DNA of 64,000 nt from Christensenellaceae bacterium (GCA_031260975.1 JAISKJ010000003.1:559430-623429); one strand, 5' to 3'. Shown: positions 37,608-46,925, numbered from the stretch's first letter. Made by a program: numbers and translations. The notes: a model not told the origin generated them from the sequence alone.

Positions 37608-38670
37608 AAAAACCCTTTAGCTTCTTGCAGCGGTTGGGGTGCCTCAGCTTTCTTAAAGCTTTTGCCTCAATCTGTCTGATACGTTCCCTTGTTACATTAA
37701 ACTCCTTTCCCACCTCTTCAAGGGTACGCGGATGTGAATCATCAAGGCCGTATCTAAGTCTTATTACCTTTTGCTCACGCGGAGTAAGTGTGTCTATGGC
37801 TGCCAGCAGCTGTTCCTTTAATATCAACTGAGCGGCTGATTCAACAGGAGACTTTACGCTTTCGTCCTCAACAAAGTCACCTATCTTGCTGTCCTCTTCT
37901 TCACCAACAGGGTTTTCAAGAGAAACAGGGTCCTGAGCAATTTTTTGAATTTCACACACGCGGTCCTCGGTTATACCCATCTTTTCGGCAATTTCACCGG
38001 CGGTTGGATCTCTTCCCAAAACCTGCAAAAGCTGACGGCTCACCCTTATCAGTTTATTTATTGTTTCCACCATATGCACAGGTATTCTTATTGTTCGCGC
38101 CTGATCGGCAATAGCACGGGTTATTGACTGCCTTATCCACCATGTGGCGTAGGTGCTGAACCTAAACCCTTTGGTATAGTCAAATTTTTCAACAGCTTTC
38201 AAAAGACCCATATTCCCTTCCTGAATAAGGTCCAAAAACTGCATGCTTGTCCTGCCTACATAACGTTTAGCTATGCTCACAACCAGACGAAGGTTGGCTT
38301 CCGAAAGCTTGGCCTTGGCATAATCATCCCCCTTGGCCATACGCTTAGCCAGTTCAACTTCTTCTTCGCCCGACAAAAGCGGCACCTTGCCTATATCCTT
38401 TAAATACATTTTGACGGGGTCATCAACGCTGGCAGTGCTTATAATACTGCTAAGATCCTCCATCGAATGAGTATCTTCCTGCTGATAGTTTATCTTAAAC
38501 CCCTGAGTCTGCAAAAACTCCAGCACCTTTTTAGTCTCATCCGCCGTGGCGTCATATTTGAGGAGCTTTAAAATTACATCCTCTTCATTAATGCACTCTT
38601 TTCCTTTATTGTTTTCAATCAGTTTGCTGACTTCATTTGCAAATTTTTCGTTATACATAAATTTCTCCAT
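37600..38670 (-). CDS. sigA: primary RNA polymerase sigma factor SigA/RpoD
   Basis: Region 2 [30 protein letters not shown], region 4 [15 protein letters not shown]...[20 protein letters not shown]. Confidence 0.95.
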   Translation of the reverse strand: MEKFMYNEKFANEVSKLIENNKGKECINEEDVILKLLKYDATADETKKVLEFLQTQGFKINYQQEDTHSMEDLSSIISTASVDDPVKMYLKDIGKVPLLSGEEEVELAKRMAKGDDYAKAKLSEANLRLVVSIAKRYVGRTSMQFLDLIQEGNMGLLKAVEKFDYTKGFRFSTYATWWIRQSITRAIADQARTIRIPVHMVETINKLIRVSRQLLQVLGRDPTAGEIAEKMGITEDRVCEIQKIAQDPVSLENPVGEEEDSKIGDFVEDESVKSPVESAAQLILKEQLLAAIDTLTPREQKVIRLRYGLDDSHPRTLEEVGKEFNVTRERIRQIEAKALRKLRHPNRCKKLKGFCD

Positions 38671-40442
38671 TAAACAATTTTTATGTTTTTAAGTTCTTTT
38701 GTAATTAAACTCAGTTCCGCCGCAATCTTTCGGCGCTCTTCAATATCTTTTTCCTGCTTAAATTTGATTGTAAGACTGTCAATATGTTCTTGAAGCGAGT
38801 TCCTGTACATTTTGTTCAAACTTTGCTTAAAATATAATTCCGGGTTTGCTACTTCTTCAAAATTATAATCAATAAGCGATTTTATATCATCGTTTTCATC
38901 CACATCAAAAAGGTCGAAGATACTGCTTATAGTATAAGATTTATTATCCTTAATGCAATCTAAAATATAATCATAAAGCTTTTGAAAAACAGGATTGCTG
39001 AAATTTATTTTATATTCACGGTCAAGGTTGGCATAATCTTTTTTGTGAAGAAAGCTTGCAAGAACATACTTGACAGCCTTTTGATCGCCCTGCTCTCTAA
39101 AACTTTCAGCTGCTTCTGAAGTCTCAGGCTTAACTTCTACGCCAACCCTGTCAAAATCACGCCTCAGTACGTCTGTTGCAATGCCGGTAAGAGAACTTAA
39201 AAGTTTTATATAAATCTCTTTGGCTCCAGCTCCTTCAATGCCGTCTATTATAGGCTTTGCTTCTTTTAAAAACTTTGTCTTGCCAAGATTGTCGCTTATA
39301 TTATTTAAAACGGCAATTCGTCTTATCTTATACTCAATCCCGTCACAAGCCTTGTTAATCAATTTTGCCATTTCTTCACAGCCATATTTTTTTATAAATT
39401 CATCAGGGTCAAGGTTTTCGGGTAGCATAACCGCCTTTACTTCAAGGCCTTCTTCCATAAAAATATCTATTGCCCTAAAGGTTGCCTTCTGCCCTGCCTC
39501 ATCACCGTCCAAACACAAAATTACCCGCGGCACAAACCTTTTTATTTCTTTTGCGTGATATTGCGTGGTCGCAGTACCCAAACAAGCTACGGTATTTTCA
39601 AAGCCATTTTTCACCATAGCAATGACGTCAGTAGTACCCTCACAAATCATAACCTCATCAATATTGCGCTCTTTTTTGATTTTCTTTATGTTATAAATAT
39701 TATAAATTGCCCGGCTCTTGTCAAAGATGAGCGTTTGTGCGCTGTTTCGATATTTGGCGTATTGACTGTCCTTTTCAAGCACACGCGCCGTAAAGCCGAT
39801 ACAGTCGCCATAAGCATTGATTATAGGAAACATTAACCTGTTTGCCATAACATCATAAGCCTTGCTGCCTTCCTTAATTTCAATCAGCCCTGCGTTTTTC
39901 ATGGTGTCCATATCTATGCCTTTTTGCTTCATAAAATCAATGATGCTTGTCCATCCATTACTGAAACCTAAACTAAATTTCTCGCACGTATCCGGTGAAA
40001 TACCCCTGTTTTTTATGTATTCTTGAGCCAAATGTGCAGTTGGCAGCTTGAGATTGTTTTTATAATGCTCCATGGCGAGGTTGCAGGCGTGATATAGCTT
40101 TTCTTTGTCTTTAGCAAGCTTTATCTGACTGTTGTCGCCCTTAAAACTCGGAACCTCAAGCCCCACATTGTGCGCCAGCTTTTCAACTGCTTCAACAAAC
40201 GAAAGAGAGTCCATCTTCTGAACAAACTTTATTACGTCCCCGCTTTCTCCGCAACCAAAACAATGATAATACTGTTCGGTTTCATTAACGGCAAAAGAGG
40301 GCGCCTTCTCATAATGAAACGGACAGCATGCCCAATAGGTTTTGCCTTTTTTGTCAAGGCTTACATATTTAGATATAACAGAAACAACATCATTCTTACT
40401 CTTCAGCTGCTCCATAAAAGCAGCCGGATATCCTTTGTCCAA
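38670..40442 (-). CDS. dnaG: DNA primase DnaG
   Basis: Zinc finger [11 protein letters not shown]...[10 protein letters not shown] and TOPRIM ([17 protein letters not shown]). TTG start after AAGGG. Confidence 0.95.
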   Translation of the reverse strand: MDKGYPAAFMEQLKSKNDVVSVISKYVSLDKKGKTYWACCPFHYEKAPSFAVNETEQYYHCFGCGESGDVIKFVQKMDSLSFVEAVEKLAHNVGLEVPSFKGDNSQIKLAKDKEKLYHACNLAMEHYKNNLKLPTAHLAQEYIKNRGISPDTCEKFSLGFSNGWTSIIDFMKQKGIDMDTMKNAGLIEIKEGSKAYDVMANRLMFPIINAYGDCIGFTARVLEKDSQYAKYRNSAQTLIFDKSRAIYNIYNIKKIKKERNIDEVMICEGTTDVIAMVKNGFENTVACLGTATTQYHAKEIKRFVPRVILCLDGDEAGQKATFRAIDIFMEEGLEVKAVMLPENLDPDEFIKKYGCEEMAKLINKACDGIEYKIRRIAVLNNISDNLGKTKFLKEAKPIIDGIEGAGAKEIYIKLLSSLTGIATDVLRRDFDRVGVEVKPETSEAAESFREQGDQKAVKYVLASFLHKKDYANLDREYKINFSNPVFQKLYDYILDCIKDNKSYTISSIFDLFDVDENDDIKSLIDYNFEEVANPELYFKQSLNKMYRNSLQEHIDSLTIKFKQEKDIEERRKIAAELSLITKELKNIKIV

Positions 40443-40546
40443 AAACCCTTAAAACTCCCTAAAAAAGATGATTATGCTAGAATATACGCGGGTAAACGCG
40501 CTTTTCCTTTTTTCTTTTTATAATTTTACTCTTTCCACCCATTAAA

Positions 40547-40627
40547 GGCTATGCATATTTGTCACCTTACTAAAACTTCTACCACTTTATGGTCTTCAAA
40601 ATAGTTTAGTGACACATATGCATAGCC
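40547..40627. repeat. 19-bp inverted repeat with a 43-nt spacer upstream of dnaG
   Basis: GGCTATGCATATTTGTCAC ... GTGACACATATGCATAGCC (18/19 complementary). Confidence 0.65.
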
Positions 40628-40630
40628 GAC

Positions 40631-40662
40631 AAAAAAAACCATCATAATTGATGGTTTTTTTT
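40631..40662. terminator. strong bidirectional terminator after the 93-aa gene
   Basis: A8 CCATCA taat TGATGG T8. Confidence 0.8.
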
Positions 40663-40942
40663 ATCCTCCCCACATAGCATCTTTTTCACTTCGGTCACCA
40701 GGGTCATAATATAGCCCTGAACCACCCGACACCGAACTCGTTGAGACGGGAATTTTTTCTTTTTCCTGCTTTTGTAACTGTATTAGTTTTTCTTGGAGCA
40801 ACTGTTGTTCTTCTGTTTCTATAAAATTAAACAACTCCTCTCCAAAGTTAAGGTCCTCTTTCTTTCCAACTTCATCAGCTCCTACACCGCCCTGTCTTTC
40901 TTTATACATAAACCAATTATCCAATTTTAACTGTGTTCCCAT
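40661..40942 (-). CDS. hypothetical small acidic protein (93 aa)
   Basis: SD AAGGGGG, two tandem consensus promoters upstream and a strong terminator downstream. No domain recognised. Confidence 0.5.
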   Translation of the reverse strand: MGTQLKLDNWFMYKERQGGVGADEVGKKEDLNFGEELFNFIETEEQQLLQEKLIQLQKQEKEKIPVSTSSVSGGSGLYYDPGDRSEKDAMWGG

Positions 40943-40983
40943 ATATAAAACCCCCTTATATATTTTTCGACATTTAATATTCT

Positions 40984-41012
40984 ATTATACCATTCATAAC
41001 AATTTGTGTCAA
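40984..41012 (-). promoter_or_regulatory. proximal consensus promoter of the 93-aa gene
   Basis: TTGACA, 17 nt, TATAAT with TGg extended -10. Confidence 0.65.
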
Positions 41013-41051
41013 ACTTCAAATTCTAACAAGTTTTTAAATATTATTTATTTT

Positions 41052-41080
41052 AATATACCACATGTAGCATTTTGTGTCAA
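41052..41080 (-). promoter_or_regulatory. distal near-duplicate promoter of the 93-aa gene
   Basis: TTGACA, 17 nt, TATATT with TGg. The spacer is similar to that of the proximal copy. Confidence 0.55.
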
Positions 41081-41148
41081 CCCTGCTACTGACAGCAAAG
41101 AGCTTGCTTACCGTCGATTTACTTCAAGTACATAATCCTTTTTTCTCA

Positions 41149-42036
41149 CTACATATCATACTGCATAGGAAATTTCCCCGTCATTGTTATTTCAACCTCA
41201 GGTAATATCTGTAACTTTTGTGTCAATACATCTCCTTCGGCATCCCCTTCGGCAAAAGCATTATTTAACATATCATTTGAGAACATACATATATCTTCCT
41301 CCATCGGAGCATCATTTTTCATATCTATTACAGCCGACACATCAATCCTATTCTCTTGCAGTGATGCCCAAAAATCATCAATAGTCAGAGGTTTATCATC
41401 TGACGATATACTTACCCTAATTTCCTCAGGTTCAAACGGCGACCATTTTACTTCTGATGCTTCCTTCTCATTATATTTAAATTGTTTATTATCCGGTTTA
41501 GGTCTTATCGCACCATTTCTTTTTTGGTTAGTACGTACCAACGACCTTTCTCTATCCAAAATTTTATTTAATTCTTTAATTATTAAGTCAGCGTCCCTTG
41601 GATTTCGTCCCTCCTGATTATGATACGCAGTTACTAAACTTTCAATTTTTGATATAGCATCCTTAACAGAACTTGCATGATTTATTTCTGAAAAATAAAG
41701 CATTATATTTTTTTTGCAATTACTCTTTTGTTCCTCTAAGGTCTTAAGCAAATCACCATCTAACTTTTCTTGTTTTAAAAACTCTTTCACAAATCTTTCA
41801 ACTTCATTATCTCCGCCAATAACATACCTGCTCAATAAAATTGTTTGTACTATTCCCTTGCCCAAACCATCAGAAATTCCACCTGAATGTCCTTCAACAA
41901 CTTGCACTTTAAGCAGTCTATTTTCCCAGAACCATTTATGATGAGTACCCCCATTATTCTTCTTATCCGGCACAAAATCTGCTTCTCTCAAAAGGCTATG
42001 CAATTCCCTTAAATGATATTTCCCGTCAATTTTCAT
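41149..42036 (-). CDS. hypothetical protein with a HicA-like N-terminal domain and an uncharacterised ~220-aa C-terminal extension
   Basis: aa ~8-65, LRELHSLLREADF..GGTHHKWFW...VQVVEGHSGGISDGLGKGIVQTIL, follows the HicA/YcfA pattern (.EL..LL...GF...GSHH.......V.VP.H.G..L..GTL..IL). SD AGGAGGGGGAAGG. Own promoter. Confidence 0.5.
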   Translation of the reverse strand: MKIDGKYHLRELHSLLREADFVPDKKNNGGTHHKWFWENRLLKVQVVEGHSGGISDGLGKGIVQTILLSRYVIGGDNEVERFVKEFLKQEKLDGDLLKTLEEQKSNCKKNIMLYFSEINHASSVKDAISKIESLVTAYHNQEGRNPRDADLIIKELNKILDRERSLVRTNQKRNGAIRPKPDNKQFKYNEKEASEVKWSPFEPEEIRVSISSDDKPLTIDDFWASLQENRIDVSAVIDMKNDAPMEEDICMFSNDMLNNAFAEGDAEGDVLTQKLQILPEVEITMTGKFPMQYDM

Positions 42037-42063
42037 GTGCCTTCCCCCTCCTGTTACACCAAG

Positions 42064-42092
42064 ATTTTATCATAGACCCATATCACTGTCAA
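42064..42092 (-). promoter_or_regulatory. promoter of the HicA-like fusion gene
   Basis: TTGACA, 17 nt, TAAAAT with TGa. Located after the ppdK terminator. Confidence 0.6.
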
Positions 42093-42112
42093 TAAAGATT
42101 TTTTTATCTAAT

Positions 42113-42146
42113 TAAAAAACAAGCCTTATAAAACTGCAAGGCTTGT
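42113..42146 (-). terminator. ppdK terminator
   Basis: Minus strand: ACAAGCCTT loop AAGGCTTGT followed by T6. Confidence 0.75.
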
Positions 42147-42158
42147 CGTTATAAAATA

Positions 42159-44771
42159 TTATTTTACGCTAAGCGCGGCTTGTGCTGCTGCCAAAATTGC
42201 CACAGGCACGCGGAAGGGTGAACATGAAACATAATGAAGCCCTATTGTATGACAGAATTTTATGCTGGCAGGGTCTCCGCCGTGCTCGCCGCAAATCCCG
42301 AGCTCAATATTAGGTCTTACTTTTTTGCCGCGCTCACAGGCCCTTGTCATCAGTTGGCCCACGCCTTCAAAGTCAATCTTTGCAAATGGGTCAAAGTCAA
42401 GAATGTTGTTTGAATAATAATCCCCGATAAACTTGCCTATATCATCTCGACTGAAACCGAATGTCATCTGTGTAAGGTCATTTGTGCCGAATGAGAAGAA
42501 CTCAGCCTCTTTTGCAATTTCATCGGCAAGCAGGGCCGCTCTAGGCACCTCTATCATGGTGCCTACGGTGTATTCTATATTAACGTTGTTTCTGCCGAGA
42601 ACTTCATCAGCGGTTTTCTTTATTATATCGTGCACAAACCTGAATTCTTTTCGCTCCATAACAAGCGGCACCATAATTTCGGGATGCACAGCTATTCCTG
42701 CTTTAAAAGCAGCGACTGCCGCCTCGATTATCGCCTGAGTCTGCATAACCGCAATTTCGGGAAAGGTTACAATAAGTCTGCAGCCTCTGTGACCCATCAT
42801 GGGGTTAAATTCATGCAGCGACTGCACAGTCTGTTTAAGCGACTTATAAGTCAGCTTCATTTCTTTGGCTAATTCCTTAATTTCCATGTCTTCATGCGGC
42901 ACAAATTCATGAAGCGGAGGGTCAATAAGCCTGATTGTTACGGGCTTGCCGTTCATCACTCTAAAAATCTGCTCAAAATCCTCCCGCTGATATGGAAGTA
43001 TCTTATCTAAAGCTGCCTTACGCTGCTGCTCAGTAGAACTCACAATCATCTCACGTATAGCCATGATACGCTCTTTCTTAAAGAACATATGCTCGGTTCT
43101 GGTGAGCCCTATGCCCTCTGCTCCAAACCTGAGAGCTGTCTCAGCATCTGCTTTCGTGTCGGCATTTGCCCTCACCTTAAGCTTGCGATACTTGTTTGCC
43201 CAGCCCAAAACAATTGCAAAGTCACCGCTAACCTCAGCCTCAACCGTCGGAAGCGCTGCACCATAAACATGCCCTGTGCTGCCGTCAATCGAAATGTCGT
43301 CGCCCTCACGATAAACCTTTCCACCTGCTTCAAACTGCTTGTTTTCTTCATCAAGCCTGAGGTCCGAGCATCCCACAACACACGCTCTGCCCATACCTCT
43401 CGCAACAACCGCCGCGTGCGAGGTCATGCCGCCTCTTACTGTCAAAATCCCTTCGGAGGCATTCATACCCTCAATGTCCTCAGGCGAGGTTTCAAGGCGC
43501 ACCAAAATACTCTTGATTTTTTGAGCCTTCATCTGCTTACATTTTTCAACGTCAAAACAAATTTTGCCGCAGGCTGCTCCTGGCGATGCCGGAAGTCCGG
43601 AAGCAATAGGAGTGTATTTTGAAAGCGCTTTCTTTTCAAACTGCGGATGCAAAACACTGTCAAGCTGCTTGGGGTCAATGCCAAGAAGTGCCTCTTTTTC
43701 GGTTTTAAGACCTTCCTCAACCATATCCACAGCAATTTTAAGCGCAGCAGCACCCGTACGTTTGCCGTTTCGTGTCTGCAGCATATACAACTTACCACGC
43801 TCAATAGTAAACTCCATATCCTGCATGTCTTTATATCTGGTTTCAAGCAGCCTGGCATAAGACATAAGCTCCTCAAAAAGCTTTGGAGATTGCTCTTTCA
43901 AAACCTCGATAGGATTAGGTGTTCGTATACCCGCCACAACGTCCTCACCCTGAGCATTTAAAAGATATTCACCATACAGTTTGTTTTCACCGCTGCTGGG
44001 GTTTCGGCTGAACGCTACGCCCGTGCCGCAGGTCTGGTCAATATTTCCAAACACCATAGCCTGAATACTCACGGCCGTCCCCCACGACGACGGAATATCA
44101 TGCAGTCTTCTATAAACAACTGCTCTGGGGTTTTGCCAACTTTTAAACACAGCCGAAACCGCACGCATCAGCTGCTCTCTGGGGTTTTGAGGAAACTCTT
44201 CCTTTGCCATGGTTTTATAAAGCGCCTTATATTTGGTCAAAATATCCTTTAAGTCATCCGCATTCAGTTCACTGTCATATATGATATTATTTTTGGCCTT
44301 AATTTCATCTATAATCTTTTCAAACTTACTTCTGTCAAGACCCATAACAACATTTGCAAACATTTGAATAAAACGCCTATAGCTGTCATAAGCAAATCTG
44401 GGGTTAATTTTGGCAAGACTTTCACAGCTGCCATCACACATACCGAGGTTCAAAACCGTGTCCATCATGCCGGGCATCGAAGCCCTTGAGCCCGAGCGCA
44501 CCGACACCAAAAGCGGAAGCTCACCCTCACCAAACTTTTTGCCCATAGTCTTTTCAATCACGGCAAGAGCCTTAAAAATCTGCTCCTGGGTTTGTTCCCT
44601 TACCTTTTGCCCAAACTTATAAAAGTCAGCACAAGCCTCGGTTGAAACAATAAATCCGTCGGGCACAGGAAGCCCGAGTAATTTCATTTCACACAAATTA
44701 GCACCCTTGCCGCCAAGCAAGCTCTTTTTGTCAGCACTCCCTTCACTAAATAAATAAACAAATTTTTTCAT
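42159..44771 (-). CDS. ppdK: pyruvate, phosphate dikinase
   Basis: 870 aa. Phosphohistidine motif GGMTSHAAVVARGMG and PEP-utiliser C-terminal motif GICGEHGGDP. Confidence 0.97.
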   Translation of the reverse strand: MKKFVYLFSEGSADKKSLLGGKGANLCEMKLLGLPVPDGFIVSTEACADFYKFGQKVREQTQEQIFKALAVIEKTMGKKFGEGELPLLVSVRSGSRASMPGMMDTVLNLGMCDGSCESLAKINPRFAYDSYRRFIQMFANVVMGLDRSKFEKIIDEIKAKNNIIYDSELNADDLKDILTKYKALYKTMAKEEFPQNPREQLMRAVSAVFKSWQNPRAVVYRRLHDIPSSWGTAVSIQAMVFGNIDQTCGTGVAFSRNPSSGENKLYGEYLLNAQGEDVVAGIRTPNPIEVLKEQSPKLFEELMSYARLLETRYKDMQDMEFTIERGKLYMLQTRNGKRTGAAALKIAVDMVEEGLKTEKEALLGIDPKQLDSVLHPQFEKKALSKYTPIASGLPASPGAACGKICFDVEKCKQMKAQKIKSILVRLETSPEDIEGMNASEGILTVRGGMTSHAAVVARGMGRACVVGCSDLRLDEENKQFEAGGKVYREGDDISIDGSTGHVYGAALPTVEAEVSGDFAIVLGWANKYRKLKVRANADTKADAETALRFGAEGIGLTRTEHMFFKKERIMAIREMIVSSTEQQRKAALDKILPYQREDFEQIFRVMNGKPVTIRLIDPPLHEFVPHEDMEIKELAKEMKLTYKSLKQTVQSLHEFNPMMGHRGCRLIVTFPEIAVMQTQAIIEAAVAAFKAGIAVHPEIMVPLVMERKEFRFVHDIIKKTADEVLGRNNVNIEYTVGTMIEVPRAALLADEIAKEAEFFSFGTNDLTQMTFGFSRDDIGKFIGDYYSNNILDFDPFAKIDFEGVGQLMTRACERGKKVRPNIELGICGEHGGDPASIKFCHTIGLHYVSCSPFRVPVAILAAAQAALSVK

Positions 44772-44884
44772 AATTAAAACTCCTTAGCATTTCATATATT
44801 CTAATAAATTCCGCGCCTAAAATCAAACAAAATTAATACATTGCCCTTCGGGCCCCACACTTTATAGTGTTTTATGTATTAAAA

Positions 44885-44902
44885 TTGCATAGTATTATGC
44901 AA
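44885..44902. promoter_or_regulatory. perfect 18-bp palindrome TTGCATAGTATTATGCAA
   Basis: Exact inverted repeat, arms TTGCATA/TATGCAA, in the ppdK / GNAT-pair divergent region. Confidence 0.6.
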
Positions 44903-44916
44903 TATTTCCCTCATTT

Positions 44917-44934
44917 TTGCATAGTATTATGCAA
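44917..44934. promoter_or_regulatory. second perfect copy of the 18-bp palindrome, 32 bp from the first
   Basis: Identical 18-mer. The 32-bp centre-to-centre spacing is about three helical turns. Confidence 0.6.
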
Positions 44935-45036
44935 CTTTTACGCTATATATATCATAATAATTCTCCAATTTTCTCCCTCACCTATAATCCATTATATTCT
45001 CTGCCCACACATGCGGTTCTTTTAACAACTTACCTC

Positions 45037-45065
45037 TTGCAATCCTTAAAAAGCTGTGGTATAAT
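45037..45065 (+). promoter_or_regulatory. promoter of the GNAT-like paralog pair
   Basis: TTGCAA, 17 nt, TATAAT with TGg extended -10. Confidence 0.65.
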
Positions 45066-45089
45066 TTTTATACAAAGGGAGAGATGTTT

Positions 45090-45722
45090 ATGCAAAAATA
45101 TTATGTAACACATAACTCCAAACTTAATCAGATGCTTCTTTTCAAGCAAACGCTTGAAAAAGCCTCAAGTGCCGTTGACCCATCAATCGGCAAATATAAT
45201 TACGAGACCTACAGTATAAAAGTCTTTAAACCTCCTGAAGCATCTGCCCCCCCCCCGACGAAATTTGAGCAAATTGGTTTGATGGATTACACTCTCTATC
45301 TGGGCAACAAAGAAATGGACACAGGCGGATATTTTTATAGGGTCAATATCAAACCCGAATATCAGAAAAACGGTATTTTTACACAACTTTTCGGGCTTGC
45401 GCAAAATCATATGATAGAATCAAATGCAGTGTCATTTAATTTCTTTATAGGCAGCGGAAACGAGTGCTTGACAGATGAACAGCTTAACGCAGGAACTGAC
45501 ATAGAATGTCTGCCGCAGGACACTCTCAGCAAAATTTATTCAAAGTTTGGCGTTCGTAAATCCAGAGACAATAACAGGGAAAGATATAAATTTCTGACAC
45601 CCGAGGATTATTTGCCGCTTGAAGAGCTTGGCATTAAGGTCATAGAATCGGCAACATCCTTATCAATTATACCCTATGCACAAGAAAACGCTGTAATATC
45701 ATGCAAACATCAACCTCACTAA
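45090..45722 (+). CDS. hypothetical GNAT-like protein, paralog 1 (contains a C10 tract)
   Basis: VNIKPEYQKNGIFTQLF resembles acetyltransferase motif A (Q/R-x-x-G-x-G/A). ATG 45090 lies 6 nt after GGGAGAG. Paralogous to 45748..46353. Confidence 0.5.
   Translation: MQKYYVTHNSKLNQMLLFKQTLEKASSAVDPSIGKYNYETYSIKVFKPPEASAPPPTKFEQIGLMDYTLYLGNKEMDTGGYFYRVNIKPEYQKNGIFTQLFGLAQNHMIESNAVSFNFFIGSGNECLTDEQLNAGTDIECLPQDTLSKIYSKFGVRKSRDNNRERYKFLTPEDYLPLEELGIKVIESATSLSIIPYAQENAVISCKHQPH
45247..45256 (+). repeat. C10 homopolymer inside the GNAT-like paralog 1 coding sequence
   Basis: gcc ccc ccc ccg encodes APPP. It is the longest G/C run in the window. Confidence 0.9.
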
Positions 45723-45747
45723 ACATCTGCAATAAAAGGAGAAATAT

Positions 45748-46353
45748 ATGACAACAGAAAAAATTACAGAATTGTGTATGCAGCGCGGATATATTTCTAA
45801 TGAAGAATTACTTAAAGATTCTTCTAAAGATGTAACAAGGTGTTATATCACACATAATGCCAAATTGTCTAGAAATCTCCTTATCCTGCACACCATCACG
45901 CCCAAAGAGAAATACCCGTTTTCAAAACAGCCATGTTTTCGGCAAGAATGCACTATAGAGATTGTTGAACCTTCGCAATTATATCCATCAACAATTAACC
46001 CACAAGATATGGGCCATTTAAACTATGAAATGAATTTCGAAAATCGCAGAGCATATGTCCTAGATTTATCTGTCGACCCTCAATTCCAAAGGAACGGGCT
46101 TGGCAGTCAAATGTTTAAAATTATGGAAAACCACCTGGTAGACCAAAGAGTCATGGACCTCAATTTGTTTAGGGATGCCGATACAAATTGTTTAATTGAC
46201 AAAGAATTAGAAAATTTTTATAGAGGCCTTGGAATGGAGATTGATGAACCGTTTCTTCATCCTTACAATATGTATAAAGACCTAAAACCCGAAGATGGGG
46301 TACCTCTAGAAGAATTGGGACTTACAAAGATACACCGGTCCCGCGAATTTTGA
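45748..46353 (+). CDS. hypothetical GNAT-like protein, paralog 2
   Basis: LSVDPQFQRNGLGSQMF motif-A-like. Shares Y(V/I)THN(S/A)KL, the motif-A block and L.PED..PLEELG with paralog 1. SD AAGGAGA. Confidence 0.5.
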   Translation: MTTEKITELCMQRGYISNEELLKDSSKDVTRCYITHNAKLSRNLLILHTITPKEKYPFSKQPCFRQECTIEIVEPSQLYPSTINPQDMGHLNYEMNFENRRAYVLDLSVDPQFQRNGLGSQMFKIMENHLVDQRVMDLNLFRDADTNCLIDKELENFYRGLGMEIDEPFLHPYNMYKDLKPEDGVPLEELGLTKIHRSREF

Positions 46354-46356
46354 CGG

Positions 46357-46821
46357 TTAGAGAGCTGTAATCAGTCTTTCCAAATCCACAACTACCTCTT
46401 TCAAAAATGCTTTTGAAAGAGGATTTTTTATGCCCTCATATTTGCTGTTGCAAAGCCTGCCCAGCTCATCGCTGCTGTCGTAACTAAATTCGTCACCTGC
46501 ACAAACGCTATACTGCACTCCATCATCGCTCACACTTATGCTGTTTTTAATATTGCTCTTGAGTATTTCCTGCTTTATACTCTCCTCCAACTCACCCACT
46601 GCCTGACTAAGCTTGCTTTTTTTTGCAAACAAAAGCAGCTCCCGCACCAAAAAAGCAAATCTGGTGTCTATAAAAGCACTACGCTCAGACCCGTTTACAT
46701 ATAAAATATAATTGTTGGTCACAGCCAAAGCCTTGTCATCCCACAAAATGTTGGCAACAAAAAACTTATCCTGGGTTTTAGTCAAATAGGCTGTATACTG
46801 TTCATAACTAATTTTGCTCAT
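46357..46821 (-). CDS. hypothetical protein (154 aa)
   Basis: ATG 46821 is preceded by GAGGAGGAG. The track start at 46914 has no SD. No domain recognised. Confidence 0.5.
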   Translation of the reverse strand: MSKISYEQYTAYLTKTQDKFFVANILWDDKALAVTNNYILYVNGSERSAFIDTRFAFLVRELLLFAKKSKLSQAVGELEESIKQEILKSNIKNSISVSDDGVQYSVCAGDEFSYDSSDELGRLCNSKYEGIKNPLSKAFLKEVVVDLERLITAL

Positions 46822-46925
46822 AACTCCTCCTCGTATGCATGCCTCACCGGCTGTTTTTGTTTTACAACTGTCATTTAAGGTATAAATTCTCATATTTTTG
46901 TGCCAAAACGGCAAAGGTGCCCACT

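Noticed and set aside
43089-43961. Multiple ORFs on both strands within ppdK (43089..43622 +, 43529..43876 -, 43647..43961 +)
   Set aside because: All lie inside, and out of frame with or antisense to, the strongly supported ppdK gene.
44772-45089. Looked for a small regulator gene or riboswitch in the ppdK upstream region
   Set aside because: There is only a 63-aa ORF (44917..45108) that runs through the palindromes and the downstream promoter. No SD and no recognisable riboswitch core were found.
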